A DNA stretch of 64,000 bases from an uncultured Rhodospirillales bacterium. Lineage in GTDB: Bacteria; Pseudomonadota; Alphaproteobacteria; Azospirillales; Azospirillaceae. Shown here one piece after another: positions 1-8,885 of the stretch (position 1 is its first letter; the number at the start of each line of letters is the position of its first letter). The notes under the pieces are model-generated. The model had not been told where the DNA came from, ran no database searches, and saw only the letters and a list, made by a program, of their open reading frames with translations. The DNA is taken from positions 4,042-68,041 of the forward strand of contig CAIYNU010000086.1 of assembly GCA_903927615.1 (NCBI GenBank). Reading direction: 5' to 3'. A program made the position numbers and the translations under genes.

Positions 1-156
1 GACGCACACGCACTGGTCGCCCACCACCGAGGCCGGGAGGAAGCTGATCAGCACCGCGGGCACGCAGGGGCTCACGATCGGACCGCCGACGTGCGGCACC
101 ACCCCGGTGACCATCGGGCAGACATGCATATCGGTCAGTCGTGCGGCGGGCGGCAT
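1..156 (-). CDS. PAAR-domain protein, first 52 codons only (gene continues past the left edge of the window)
   Basis: Reverse complement of 1-156 is open with ATG at 156-154. It reads MPPAARLTDMHVCPMVTGVVPHVGGPIVSPCVPAVLISFLPASVVGDQCVCV. This contains an N-terminal PAAR motif, the H-x-CP motif and a second PAAR-like LPAsvvGD motif. It is absent from the ORF track because it is truncated. Confidence 0.6.
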   Translation of the reverse strand, partial: MPPAARLTDMHVCPMVTGVVPHVGGPIVSPCVPAVLISFLPASVVGDQCVCV

Positions 157-864
157 GTCAGCGGCGGCCTGGGATGCGGGTCAGGTCAGTGCTCATGACA
201 GTGCCCCGGTTGTCGGCTTGCAACCCAGACATTAGGCGCCGGTTGCTCCATGGGTCAAGGCCGAATCACCGGCGGCGGTTGGCTCGGTCGCGACCCATAC
301 GGTTACGCCCTGGCGCCGTAAACCCCCGAGAGCATGGGAGGGTCTTGGGGCGGAGGGACAGGACGGCCCGCTGCCGGGCCGGTGTCGCGGAAATCCCGCA
401 AGATGTCGCGTTGGGGCACACCGAGTCGTCGGAACCACCCTGTCAAGATGGACAGTTCGAGAGGTACCTTTGGTCGAGAGGGCGCCGTCGGGGCGGTGCC
501 GAGGGGACGGCCGACCAGGGTGGCTCGCCCCTTGATCCCTGAGCGATGGTAACAGTTCGGTGTCGTGTGTTGCTGATGCCGGAATGGCGTCGACGGGCCG
601 AACGAAAGGTTCGGACCGAAGTCGATAATGGAGTGGGGCGGCGCAGGACCGCTTTGCCGGTTCACTACCATTACAGATGGCATTGTCGGGTATGCTGACC
701 AGCTTTCGCAACCCAAGGCGTCCCGAAGAGGGGCGATGAGAGGCCGTGTGGCCTTTCTTTTGACTTGAACCGGCGATGTCGTGGTCCTTGATCGTCAGCA
801 CTGACGATGGGATCCGTTTCGGTGTGCTGGATGATCCTGATGGTAGTCACTGGGTACTTTAAGA

Positions 865-880
865 AACTTTACATAAAGTT
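865..880. promoter_or_regulatory. Perfect 7-bp inverted repeat AACTTTA-CA-TAAAGTT in the AT-rich stretch about 120 bp upstream of the MHYT gene; candidate operator
   Basis: Read directly in the sequence. A direct ACTTTA copy lies at 856-861. No known regulator consensus is assigned. Confidence 0.25.
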
Positions 881-997
881 GTGCGTAACATAATCCAGGC
901 TGAATAACTGAAGAGCCGGTAAGCACTGTGACAAGCTCATGGGGGATGCCCAGTGTGACATCTGGGCGGAAGCCCATTTCCGAGCTACCGGAAAAAA

Positions 998-3900
998 ATG
1001 ATTTTTACGGAGGATATAATGCCATTATTAACCTGGCAAACGGAAAATGAACAACTAATAATGAAATATATCGTCACATACGATTTGATTTTGGTGGTGC
1101 TGTCGATTGCGACCGCCATTTTTTCCTCTTATGCCGCGTTGCGGCTATCGGTCGGAATACAATTTGCTACCCAGCGTGCCGAGCGTTTCGGACTGTTGGC
1201 AGCAGGGGCGGTGGCGCTGGGTGGGGGAATCTGGGCCACGCATTTTATTGGTATGTTGGCGATCAGCCTGCCGTGTCCTGTAAATTATGACCTGTCTGTA
1301 ACGCTCATATCGATTTTACCCGGAATTGTGGCAGCCATAATCGCGCTCACCATCATAGCCAGGACGACCGCAAGTTGGACGGTGATCGGGATCGGCGGCT
1401 GCGTGTTGGGAATCGGGATCACCGTCATGCACTATTCCGGCATGGCGGCTATGCAGATGAATGCGCTGCCGCTCTACGACCCCTATCTGTTTGCGCTGTC
1501 GATCATGGCAGCGATCGCGGTTGGGGTGGTGTCGCTCGCCGTATCCATCCACGGGCGGCGTTGGTTGGCGGGGGAGGCGGTTCTGCCGGACGCCTTGGGC
1601 GCGGTGGTCATGGGGAGCGGCATTTCGAGTATCCACTACACCGCCATGGCCGCGGTGTCGTTCGCACCGGGAAGCGGCGCCACCGCAACCCAGGACGGCC
1701 TGAATCCCGGGGTCCTCGCCATCGTCATCGTCACCGTGACCGTCCTGCTGATCAGCGCCGTGGTGTTCGGTTCAATGGCGCACCGGTATCGGACCCTCGC
1801 GCGAACCCTCGGCGTTGCCAACGAGCGACTTCGCCAGATTTCCAAGGCGTTCGATACAACCATCGAAAGCGTGATGATCGCGGGGCCCGACGGTACGCTG
1901 CTGTCGGTCAATCCGGCGTTTACCCGGATCACCGGCTATTCGGAAGCCGAGGCCAAGGGCCGCAACCCCCGTTTTTTGAAATCCGGGGTCCAGGACGAAG
2001 CCTATTACCGCCGCATGTGGGAGGATGTTAAAAACACGGGTCATTGGCAAGGTGAAATCTGGAACCGTCGAAAGTCTGGGGAAATTTATCCGCAATGGCT
2101 GACGATCAGCGCCATTCGTGAAGGCACCGATAAAATCCAAAGTTATGTTGCGGTTGCTTCCGATATTTCATCCATCAAGCAGACCCAAGAGGATATGAAC
2201 CAGTTGCTGCGCCGCAGCCAGACGGTTCTGGACTCCGCCGGCGAGGGTATTCTTGGCATTGGCACCGACGGTGAGGTGGTCTTCGCCAATCCCGCGGCAA
2301 GCCTGATGCTGGGGTGGAGTCACGCCGAACTCTTCGGCCAAAACCTGCACAACCTCATTCATCACACCCGCGCCGACGGTTCGGTGTATCACAGTGCAGG
2401 CTGTCCGGTGATGGCGGTGTTGGGCGACGGCAAAACCCGCAATCTCGAAAACGACCATTACTGGCGTAAAGACGGCAGTGGATTTCCCGTGGACGTTACG
2501 GTAGCGCCGGTGATGGGCGGCGATCGCGTGACCGGCGCGGTGGTGGTGTTTCGCGACATCACCGAACGCCAGCGCCATGAGCGGCGGATGCGACTTGCGG
2601 CCCGGGTTTTCGAATCCAGTCCCGACGGCATCGTCATCGCCGACCGCCGGCACCGCATTCTGTCGGCCAACCCGGCGTTCCTGGACGCCTTTCACTATTC
2701 CAGGACTGAACTTGAAGGCCGCCGGCCCAATCAGTTGTTTTTGGGAGCGATGGACCGCGCCCAATTGCGGCAAATGTTGAAGGCGCTGGCCTGGCCGGGC
2801 AGCAGCGAAGCGGAAGTGGTAGCGGTTCGAAAGACCGGTGACATTTTTCCGGCTTTGGTCAAAGTATCCGCTGACCGCAACCCTGATGGTACGGTTTCTC
2901 ATTACGTCATGATTGTCTCCGATTTGAGCGAAGCAAAGTCAGCGCAAGATCGTATCGATTATTTGTCTCGATACGACGCCTTAACCGGCTTGCCGAACTT
3001 ACGGATGCTGACGGATTACTTTGCCATTGCCGGTGGCGCGGCCTTGCGTAGCGGCAGCGGAATGGCGCTGATTTCGTGTAACCTTGATAATTTCAAGCAC
3101 ATTAACGACACGCTTGGGCACGCGTTGGGCGACGAATTGCTGCGAGAGATCGCGAAACGCCTGAAAGGTTGCGTCGCCATCGGGACCGGCGACATTGTTT
3201 GTCGGTCCGGCGGCGACCAGTTTCTGATTCTGTTGGTGGATGCGCCATCGACGGACGCGGTCACCGCGTCCATTTACGCTATGCGCGCCGTCGTTTCGGT
3301 TCCAACCCAATTAAATCGCTATCCGGTTTCGGTGACCGCCAGTTTTGGCATTGCCCGCTATCCCGACGATGGCGAGACCTTCGACACCCTTTTCCAAAAA
3401 GCCGATGCCGCCGTTTATCATGCCAAGCTGGCTGGTCGTAATACCACGCGCGTATTCAATTCAGCAATGATTGACTACGCAACGGAACGCCTGACATTAA
3501 AGAATGATTTGCGTTTTGCCATCGAAAGAGATGAATTTTTGCTTCATTACCAGCCATTGGTTGATCTTGGGAGCGGTCAAATCGTTGGTGCCGAGGCTCT
3601 GTTGCGCTGGCAGAGTCCGGACCATGGCTTCACGCCGCCCGGTCGCTTCATCCCCATCGCCGAGGAAAGCGGTCTGATCGTGCCGATCGGACAATGGGTG
3701 CTGCGGCAGGTCTGCCGGCAAGGCCAAGTGTGGCGTGAGGCGGGCCTGACGAACCTGAGATTGGCGGTGAATATTTCGGCAATCCAATTGCGGAGCCCGA
3801 ATTTCGTCGAGATGGTCAAGCAGGTGGTCGAAGACTCGGGGTTGCCGCCGGAATGGCTGGAACTTGAACTGACGGAATCGGGGCTGATTGCGGAAGGCAA

Positions 3901-4342
3901 TCAAACCTTCGACGCTATCAATGAACTGAAGCGTTTTGGCGTCCGGCTGGCGATCGATGATTTCGGGACCGGTTATTCCTGTCTGGCCTATCTTCAGAAA
4001 CTGAAAACCGATAAATTAAAGATCGACCGTTCGTTTGTCATGGCACTGTCGGCCAACGGCGAATCTGACGCCATCGTGACCACCATTATCCAGATGGCGC
4101 GAACTCTTAACATGACGACGCTGGCCGAGGGTGTTGAAACCGAGGCGCAGGCGGAATTACTGAAGCGTTATGGCTGTAAAGAAGTCCAGGGCTACTTTTT
4201 CGGGCGCCCGGTTCCCACTGACGAGTTCACCCAGCTTGTCCAGTCGTCACGGGACAAGCACAGCCTGGTGTTGGATGGTCTACCGGCCAGTGTCAAGGCT
4301 GGCCCGACAGCCCTACGGGGGGCGAAGCCCCATGGGCGCTAG
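998..4342 (+). CDS. Membrane MHYT-domain / triple-PAS / GGDEF (degenerate GGDQF) / EAL c-di-GMP signalling protein
   Basis: N-terminal TM helices carry THFIGM, MHYSGM and IHYTAM (MHYT repeats). PAS-like blocks follow. The GGDEF region reads RSGGDQF. EAL motifs EALLRW, DDFGTGYS, KIDRSF, EGVET and QGYFFGRP are present. The true start may be the internal Met at 1061 (MKYIVTYDLILVVLS). Confidence 0.9.
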   Translation: MIFTEDIMPLLTWQTENEQLIMKYIVTYDLILVVLSIATAIFSSYAALRLSVGIQFATQRAERFGLLAAGAVALGGGIWATHFIGMLAISLPCPVNYDLSVTLISILPGIVAAIIALTIIARTTASWTVIGIGGCVLGIGITVMHYSGMAAMQMNALPLYDPYLFALSIMAAIAVGVVSLAVSIHGRRWLAGEAVLPDALGAVVMGSGISSIHYTAMAAVSFAPGSGATATQDGLNPGVLAIVIVTVTVLLISAVVFGSMAHRYRTLARTLGVANERLRQISKAFDTTIESVMIAGPDGTLLSVNPAFTRITGYSEAEAKGRNPRFLKSGVQDEAYYRRMWEDVKNTGHWQGEIWNRRKSGEIYPQWLTISAIREGTDKIQSYVAVASDISSIKQTQEDMNQLLRRSQTVLDSAGEGILGIGTDGEVVFANPAASLMLGWSHAELFGQNLHNLIHHTRADGSVYHSAGCPVMAVLGDGKTRNLENDHYWRKDGSGFPVDVTVAPVMGGDRVTGAVVVFRDITERQRHERRMRLAARVFESSPDGIVIADRRHRILSANPAFLDAFHYSRTELEGRRPNQLFLGAMDRAQLRQMLKALAWPGSSEAEVVAVRKTGDIFPALVKVSADRNPDGTVSHYVMIVSDLSEAKSAQDRIDYLSRYDALTGLPNLRMLTDYFAIAGGAALRSGSGMALISCNLDNFKHINDTLGHALGDELLREIAKRLKGCVAIGTGDIVCRSGGDQFLILLVDAPSTDAVTASIYAMRAVVSVPTQLNRYPVSVTASFGIARYPDDGETFDTLFQKADAAVYHAKLAGRNTTRVFNSAMIDYATERLTLKNDLRFAIERDEFLLHYQPLVDLGSGQIVGAEALLRWQSPDHGFTPPGRFIPIAEESGLIVPIGQWVLRQVCRQGQVWREAGLTNLRLAVNISAIQLRSPNFVEMVKQVVEDSGLPPEWLELELTESGLIAEGNQTFDAINELKRFGVRLAIDDFGTGYSCLAYLQKLKTDKLKIDRSFVMALSANGESDAIVTTIIQMARTLNMTTLAEGVETEAQAELLKRYGCKEVQGYFFGRPVPTDEFTQLVQSSRDKHSLVLDGLPASVKAGPTALRGAKPHGR

Positions 4343-4395
4343 GTTAGGGAATGCTATTGAACCAAAACAACTTTTTGGGCCCTGCCCACACCGGC

Positions 4396-4480
4396 AAAGG
4401 GCCGGTCGGCCCTTGGAACCCTTGACGTCATGAGGTCCGGGAGGCACGCCTCCTGGCGGGTGCAGGGCGGAGCCCGCAAA
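4396..4480. repeat. REP-like GC-rich palindromic intergenic element between convergent genes
   Basis: Contains hairpin aagggccg-gtc-ggccctt, then cccttggaacccttgacgtcatgagg...gggtgcagggcggagccc. An inverted, diverged copy of the same motif set lies at 54713-54800. Confidence 0.4.
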
Positions 4481-4643
4481 ATCAGACCCATCGCCCTATC
4501 CTGGCGCCTATCGGGCAAAGCCCCCTCAGGGGCTCGGGTAGGGTTGTCTTGATGCCAGCATCAACCCGTTGTTGTCCCATACCCGATCATATCCCGGCCC
4601 CCAGGCCCAGCCACGGTTTTCTACGCGCCGACATCGCGGTGGG

Positions 4644-7600
4644 TCAGAGCGTATGCGTTGCGGTCAAGGCCTCTTGCAGGGACGCAACCATCCGCTCAAT
4701 CTGTTCGGCTGGTTGGGCGGAGTGATTGTGCCGCAACGCCACCTCCACATGGTGTGCGGCCTCGGCGGCGTCGGTCGCGCCAAGCGACCCCATGACCCCT
4801 TTCAGGGTATGAGCCAGCATGAACAACCCGGTGCCATCCCGATTGGCATACAGGGACAGAATCTCCTGAGGTGTCGATCGGTAATCCTCTCGGAACCTCA
4901 ACAGCAAGGATTTCAGCAGCGTTCGGTCGCCGTTGAGCCGTACCAGGGCCTCGGGGATGGAAAATGGCGGCAGGTGGTCAGGCAGGTCGCTGTCGCGGTC
5001 CAGGAACAGCGCGTCATAGGGTGGGGGTTCCCCTGGTGGCTCGGGTATCCGAATCCAACGGTTCAGGGCCGCATAAAGCGCATCCGGGTCCACGGGTTTG
5101 GAAACATGGTCGTTCATTCCAGCCTCCAGGCATCGGACCCGTTCTTGATCCAAGGCATGGGCGGTCATGGCGATAATCGGCAGACGATCGGCACGGATGA
5201 CTGCGCGAATGCGTTGGGTGGCCTGGATGCCGTCAAGAACCGGCATCTGAATGTCCATCAGAATAGCGTCGTAATGATTGTGAGAGACCAAAATTTTTTC
5301 GACTACCTGTTGTCCATTGGTGGCGATATCGGTTTCCACGCCAATCGCGCGTAAAAGCTCCAGGGCGATCTCGCGATTGATCTCATTGTCTTCCGCCAGC
5401 AGCACCCGCGGCGATTGTCCGCTACCGAATCGCGTGCCCGAAGGGGCGTCACGCGGTTCGGTCGGTAAACTCATGTCCAGCCCGAGGGCCGATGCCACGG
5501 CGGCCAGGAGCCTCAGGGGGCCGACGGGCTTCTGGACAACGGTGCTGATCCCCCGGTCTCCGGTTTGGACGGGCGTCACGTCATGGCCGAAAGCCCGGGT
5601 CATCACAATCTTGGGCGCAGGAGAGAGGGACGGGTCGCCGTAGATCACCCGCACCGTTTCCGGGCCACCCAACTCAGGCATATTTTCATCGAGGACCACC
5701 AGTTTAAACGGATCGCCCTCGGCGATGGCGTCGCTGAGGCGGGTCAGGGCCTCGAAGGGCGAACCCAGGGCCTCGACCCGCATGGACTGGGCGCTCAAGG
5801 TCCTGGCCAGGGTGTCCCGGAGTGCCAGGTTGTCCTGCACAATCAGCGCCCGGACGCCGTCGAGGGGGACCGCCGCGAACGCCCGGAGTGTTCGGCGATC
5901 TTCGGCCAGGCCCAGCATCACCGTAAAGGTGAAGGTGCTGCCGTACCCGGGCGCACTGGTCACCTCGATCCCGCCTCCCATCATTTCGCACAGCCGTTTG
6001 CAAAGCGCCAGGCCGAGTCCGGTGCCGCCGTATTGCCGGGTGGTGGAGCTATCGGTCTGGGAGAAAGACTTGAAGAGCACGGCCTGTTGTGTCTCGGTCA
6101 TGCCGATGCCGGTATCGCTGACCGATGCCGTCAGCCGCAGCAAGCCGTCGGCCGGTTGGGCCGCGCTTAAGGCCAGCACAACCTCGCCGTATTCGGTAAA
6201 TTTTATGCCATTACTGACCAAATTGATCATGATTTGCCCGAGGCGGGTCGGGTCTCCGCGCAATTTTACCGGTAGCTCGGCCGAAATCGAAAACACCAGC
6301 TCGATATTTTTGCCGACGGCGCTGGTTGCGGTGACATTCCCGACATTATCGAGTACGGTCTCGAGCACGAAATCAACCGACTCCAAATCAAGTTTTTTGG
6401 CCTCAATTTTCGAGAAATCTAGAATATCATTAATGATCGAAACCAAATGGCGGCCCGAAGCGTTTATTTTTGTCAGATAGTCCCGCTGGCGATGATCCAA
6501 TTTCGTGTTCAACAATAATTGACCCAGCCCGATCACGGCATTCATGGGCGTCCGAATTTCATGACTCATATTGGCCAAAAAATCACTCTTGGCGACACTA
6601 GCCGCTTCGGCGGCTTCCTTGGCGGCGCGCAACTCGCTTTCCACCCGTTTACGCTCGGTGATGTCGCGAATCACCGCGGTGATCAAGCGTCGCCCGCCGA
6701 TGGCGACGTCGCTCACGGCCAACTCAATCGGAACCATGGTGCCATTTTTTTTCAGGCCAGCGGTCTCATGGCCGGTGCCGAACACCTCAGCGGTCCGGTC
6801 ATCGCGCCGCCGACTGGTATATCGGTAAAGACAGGTATCGTCATCGGTCCAGATCAGATGAGGGATGATCATCTTGATCGGGTGACCGATTAACTCGTCG
6901 GGTGTATAACCGAATACCCTGAAGATTGCGGGGTTGGCCGACACGATGATGCCTTCGACATCGACCGTAAGGATACCGTCGGCAACACTGCCCATAATCG
7001 CCGACAGCTTGAGGGCCTGTTCCCGCAGAGAATTCTCGGCATTGGTCAATTCCATGGTTCGTTGGTCGACCAGGCGTTTGACGACCGTGGCTCGGCCGGT
7101 TACGCTTAACAAGAAAATCTCGAAGATGGCACAGGCGCCCAGGCCGATCAAAAGGATCCACCACGTTTGGCCAATTCTCAATTCAGCCACCAGATGTTTC
7201 GTTGGGGTTAACACGATCATCCATTGTTTTTCGGCAAAATCGATACGGGAGGCGACATTATAGATAGTTGATGTGTCTAATGGTGTCGATGACGCCGATT
7301 TATAAATAATATGTTGGTCATTGAGCTGATCACCACCGGACTGGTAGGCCAAAATTTCAATGGTGTCGTGAGGTATTGTGATCAATGCGGTATCAATTAA
7401 CTGCTTAACCTTAAAGACCCCCAGTGCAAATCCCTCGACGCGGTCGAGCCCGTCCTGGCCATCGGCTGCCGGATCATGATGAGTATAGAGGGGGTCAAAG
7501 ACCAGGATTCCGAGATCACGGTCTTTATCCTGGACCAACGTGATGCCCGTCGTTGCCACTTGCCGACCGAGTAAAGCCGCCTTTTGCATGGCGTCCTTGC

Positions 7601-8684
7601 GCGCGGCATTGGATGCCAAGTCGTAGCCCACCACCGGCTCGTTGCCGGCCAACGGAAAAACGTAGGTAACCGGGAAGTATAAGGGTCTGGGGGCGGCGGC
7701 CACCGCGGTTCCGTCCGGCCGCCGTTCGGTGATGGAAAAGCGGTGATACCGTTCTGCGGCGATGGTTTTCTCAAAATCGGCACGGGCGGCGTTAGTAATC
7801 TTTGGAACGAACTCCAAGGCCTGAATACCGGGAAAACGAGGCTCGAATTCTGTTACATAATCGTCGTAATCTTGCAACGTGACGCCCGCTTGATAGTGGG
7901 TTTTAAAGTAAGCTTTAATTGCAAATACCGCATCGAGATGGCTTATAAGTTTGTCTTGAATCGCCTGGGTAATCTGACGCGAAATAGACTGGATGTCGCC
8001 TTTAATGCTAAGCTCTTGCCACTTGGAAACCTGAAAGTAAAGAGTGCCGAGCATGGTCAAACCAAACAAAGTTGGCAGGGCCATCGTCGCCAGCCTGGAT
8101 CGCCAGAGCGGGTCAGACCGATAATAAACCATCAAAACCACCGGCGTCATCACGATGGCGCCAAGAGAATCACCAACAAACCAATTGACCCAATTATAGA
8201 CGACGTCTACCGGATCAATCAGGCCATAAAAATAAAGAATTGCGGTTGCGATGCTTGGAGATAGTGTAGAGCTAAGAATAGCAACCCCGACAAATAGTAA
8301 TATATCCCGATCGAGTTCTAATAAAAGCTGATTTCCGATCAGTCTACGGATCATCACGGCGCCCACTGCGGCCTGTAGTGTTGCTCCGGTGGCGATGGCG
8401 GCAGCCTGTAAGGCGTGTGGCAGCGTGACGGATCCTGAAGCCCAGGCATTGAGGGCAAAAGCGCCGCAGAAAATCCCGAAAGCGTGCCGTCTGTGCGAGA
8501 TTAACATAGCGCCCAGCGCAACCCCGGCAGGCGGAAAAACAGTGGAGGCAAAACCATAGAATGCCGCAAAGGAAATGGCGGTGATCCCGAGACCAAAATA
8601 TAAAACGGCGATTGCCAGGGGTTCAAGCAGACCGGGGCGTTGGGGATCCTGCCGGAGATCGGGGAGCAGCGTTGTGATCATCAT
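4644..8684 (-). CDS. Hybrid sensor histidine kinase: MASE1-like membrane domain, CHASE, PAS, HisKA, HATPase, two receiver domains, C-terminal Hpt
   Basis: H-box FLANMSHEIRTPMNAVIGL. ATPase DTGIGM...GGTGLGLALCKRL. REC motifs LVVLDENMPELGG and ILMDIQMPVLDG...IIAMTAHA. Hpt motif AHTLKGVMGSLGA. CHASE-like YFPVTYVFPLAGNEPVVGYDLASN. Confidence 0.9.
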   Translation of the reverse strand: MMITTLLPDLRQDPQRPGLLEPLAIAVLYFGLGITAISFAAFYGFASTVFPPAGVALGAMLISHRRHAFGIFCGAFALNAWASGSVTLPHALQAAAIATGATLQAAVGAVMIRRLIGNQLLLELDRDILLFVGVAILSSTLSPSIATAILYFYGLIDPVDVVYNWVNWFVGDSLGAIVMTPVVLMVYYRSDPLWRSRLATMALPTLFGLTMLGTLYFQVSKWQELSIKGDIQSISRQITQAIQDKLISHLDAVFAIKAYFKTHYQAGVTLQDYDDYVTEFEPRFPGIQALEFVPKITNAARADFEKTIAAERYHRFSITERRPDGTAVAAAPRPLYFPVTYVFPLAGNEPVVGYDLASNAARKDAMQKAALLGRQVATTGITLVQDKDRDLGILVFDPLYTHHDPAADGQDGLDRVEGFALGVFKVKQLIDTALITIPHDTIEILAYQSGGDQLNDQHIIYKSASSTPLDTSTIYNVASRIDFAEKQWMIVLTPTKHLVAELRIGQTWWILLIGLGACAIFEIFLLSVTGRATVVKRLVDQRTMELTNAENSLREQALKLSAIMGSVADGILTVDVEGIIVSANPAIFRVFGYTPDELIGHPIKMIIPHLIWTDDDTCLYRYTSRRRDDRTAEVFGTGHETAGLKKNGTMVPIELAVSDVAIGGRRLITAVIRDITERKRVESELRAAKEAAEAASVAKSDFLANMSHEIRTPMNAVIGLGQLLLNTKLDHRQRDYLTKINASGRHLVSIINDILDFSKIEAKKLDLESVDFVLETVLDNVGNVTATSAVGKNIELVFSISAELPVKLRGDPTRLGQIMINLVSNGIKFTEYGEVVLALSAAQPADGLLRLTASVSDTGIGMTETQQAVLFKSFSQTDSSTTRQYGGTGLGLALCKRLCEMMGGGIEVTSAPGYGSTFTFTVMLGLAEDRRTLRAFAAVPLDGVRALIVQDNLALRDTLARTLSAQSMRVEALGSPFEALTRLSDAIAEGDPFKLVVLDENMPELGGPETVRVIYGDPSLSPAPKIVMTRAFGHDVTPVQTGDRGISTVVQKPVGPLRLLAAVASALGLDMSLPTEPRDAPSGTRFGSGQSPRVLLAEDNEINREIALELLRAIGVETDIATNGQQVVEKILVSHNHYDAILMDIQMPVLDGIQATQRIRAVIRADRLPIIAMTAHALDQERVRCLEAGMNDHVSKPVDPDALYAALNRWIRIPEPPGEPPPYDALFLDRDSDLPDHLPPFSIPEALVRLNGDRTLLKSLLLRFREDYRSTPQEILSLYANRDGTGLFMLAHTLKGVMGSLGATDAAEAAHHVEVALRHNHSAQPAEQIERMVASLQEALTATHTL

Positions 8685-8885
8685 CGTCAGGTATCCGAAG
8701 CTTGTGGTTATCAGAGGCGGGGGGCCGACTCCGAGACATGGTACCTGCCCGTCGGGCCGGAATACTGGAGAGCGGTTTCCGAACCGGTTGGATCGCCGTT
8801 GGGAGCGCGGGCGTCTCGCCCGCTCCTTTGCGGCCGGGACGGCCGCGCTCCGGGCGTTGCAACCAGATCGGAAACCGCTCTGGCA

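Noticed and set aside
1-156. Interpreting the PAAR gene as evidence of a type VI secretion locus within this window.
   Set aside because: No Hcp, VgrG, TssA-M or ClpV genes occur in the 64 kb. The neighbouring gene is a c-di-GMP signalling protein. Any T6SS context would lie outside the window.
141-977. ORFs 141-542 +, 232-801 -, 303-716 -, 334-552 + and 795-977 - in the left intergenic region.
   Set aside because: The ORFs overlap each other and have Arg/Pro/Ser-rich nonsense-like composition. They have no start context and no motif, apart from the faint IS-like stretch discussed as a low-confidence finding.
4549-4564. TTGATGCCAGCATCAA palindrome resembling an FNR/FixK box.
   Set aside because: The spacer is 6 nt rather than the canonical 4 (TTGAT-N4-ATCAA). 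It also lies between two convergent gene ends, where no promoter is expected.
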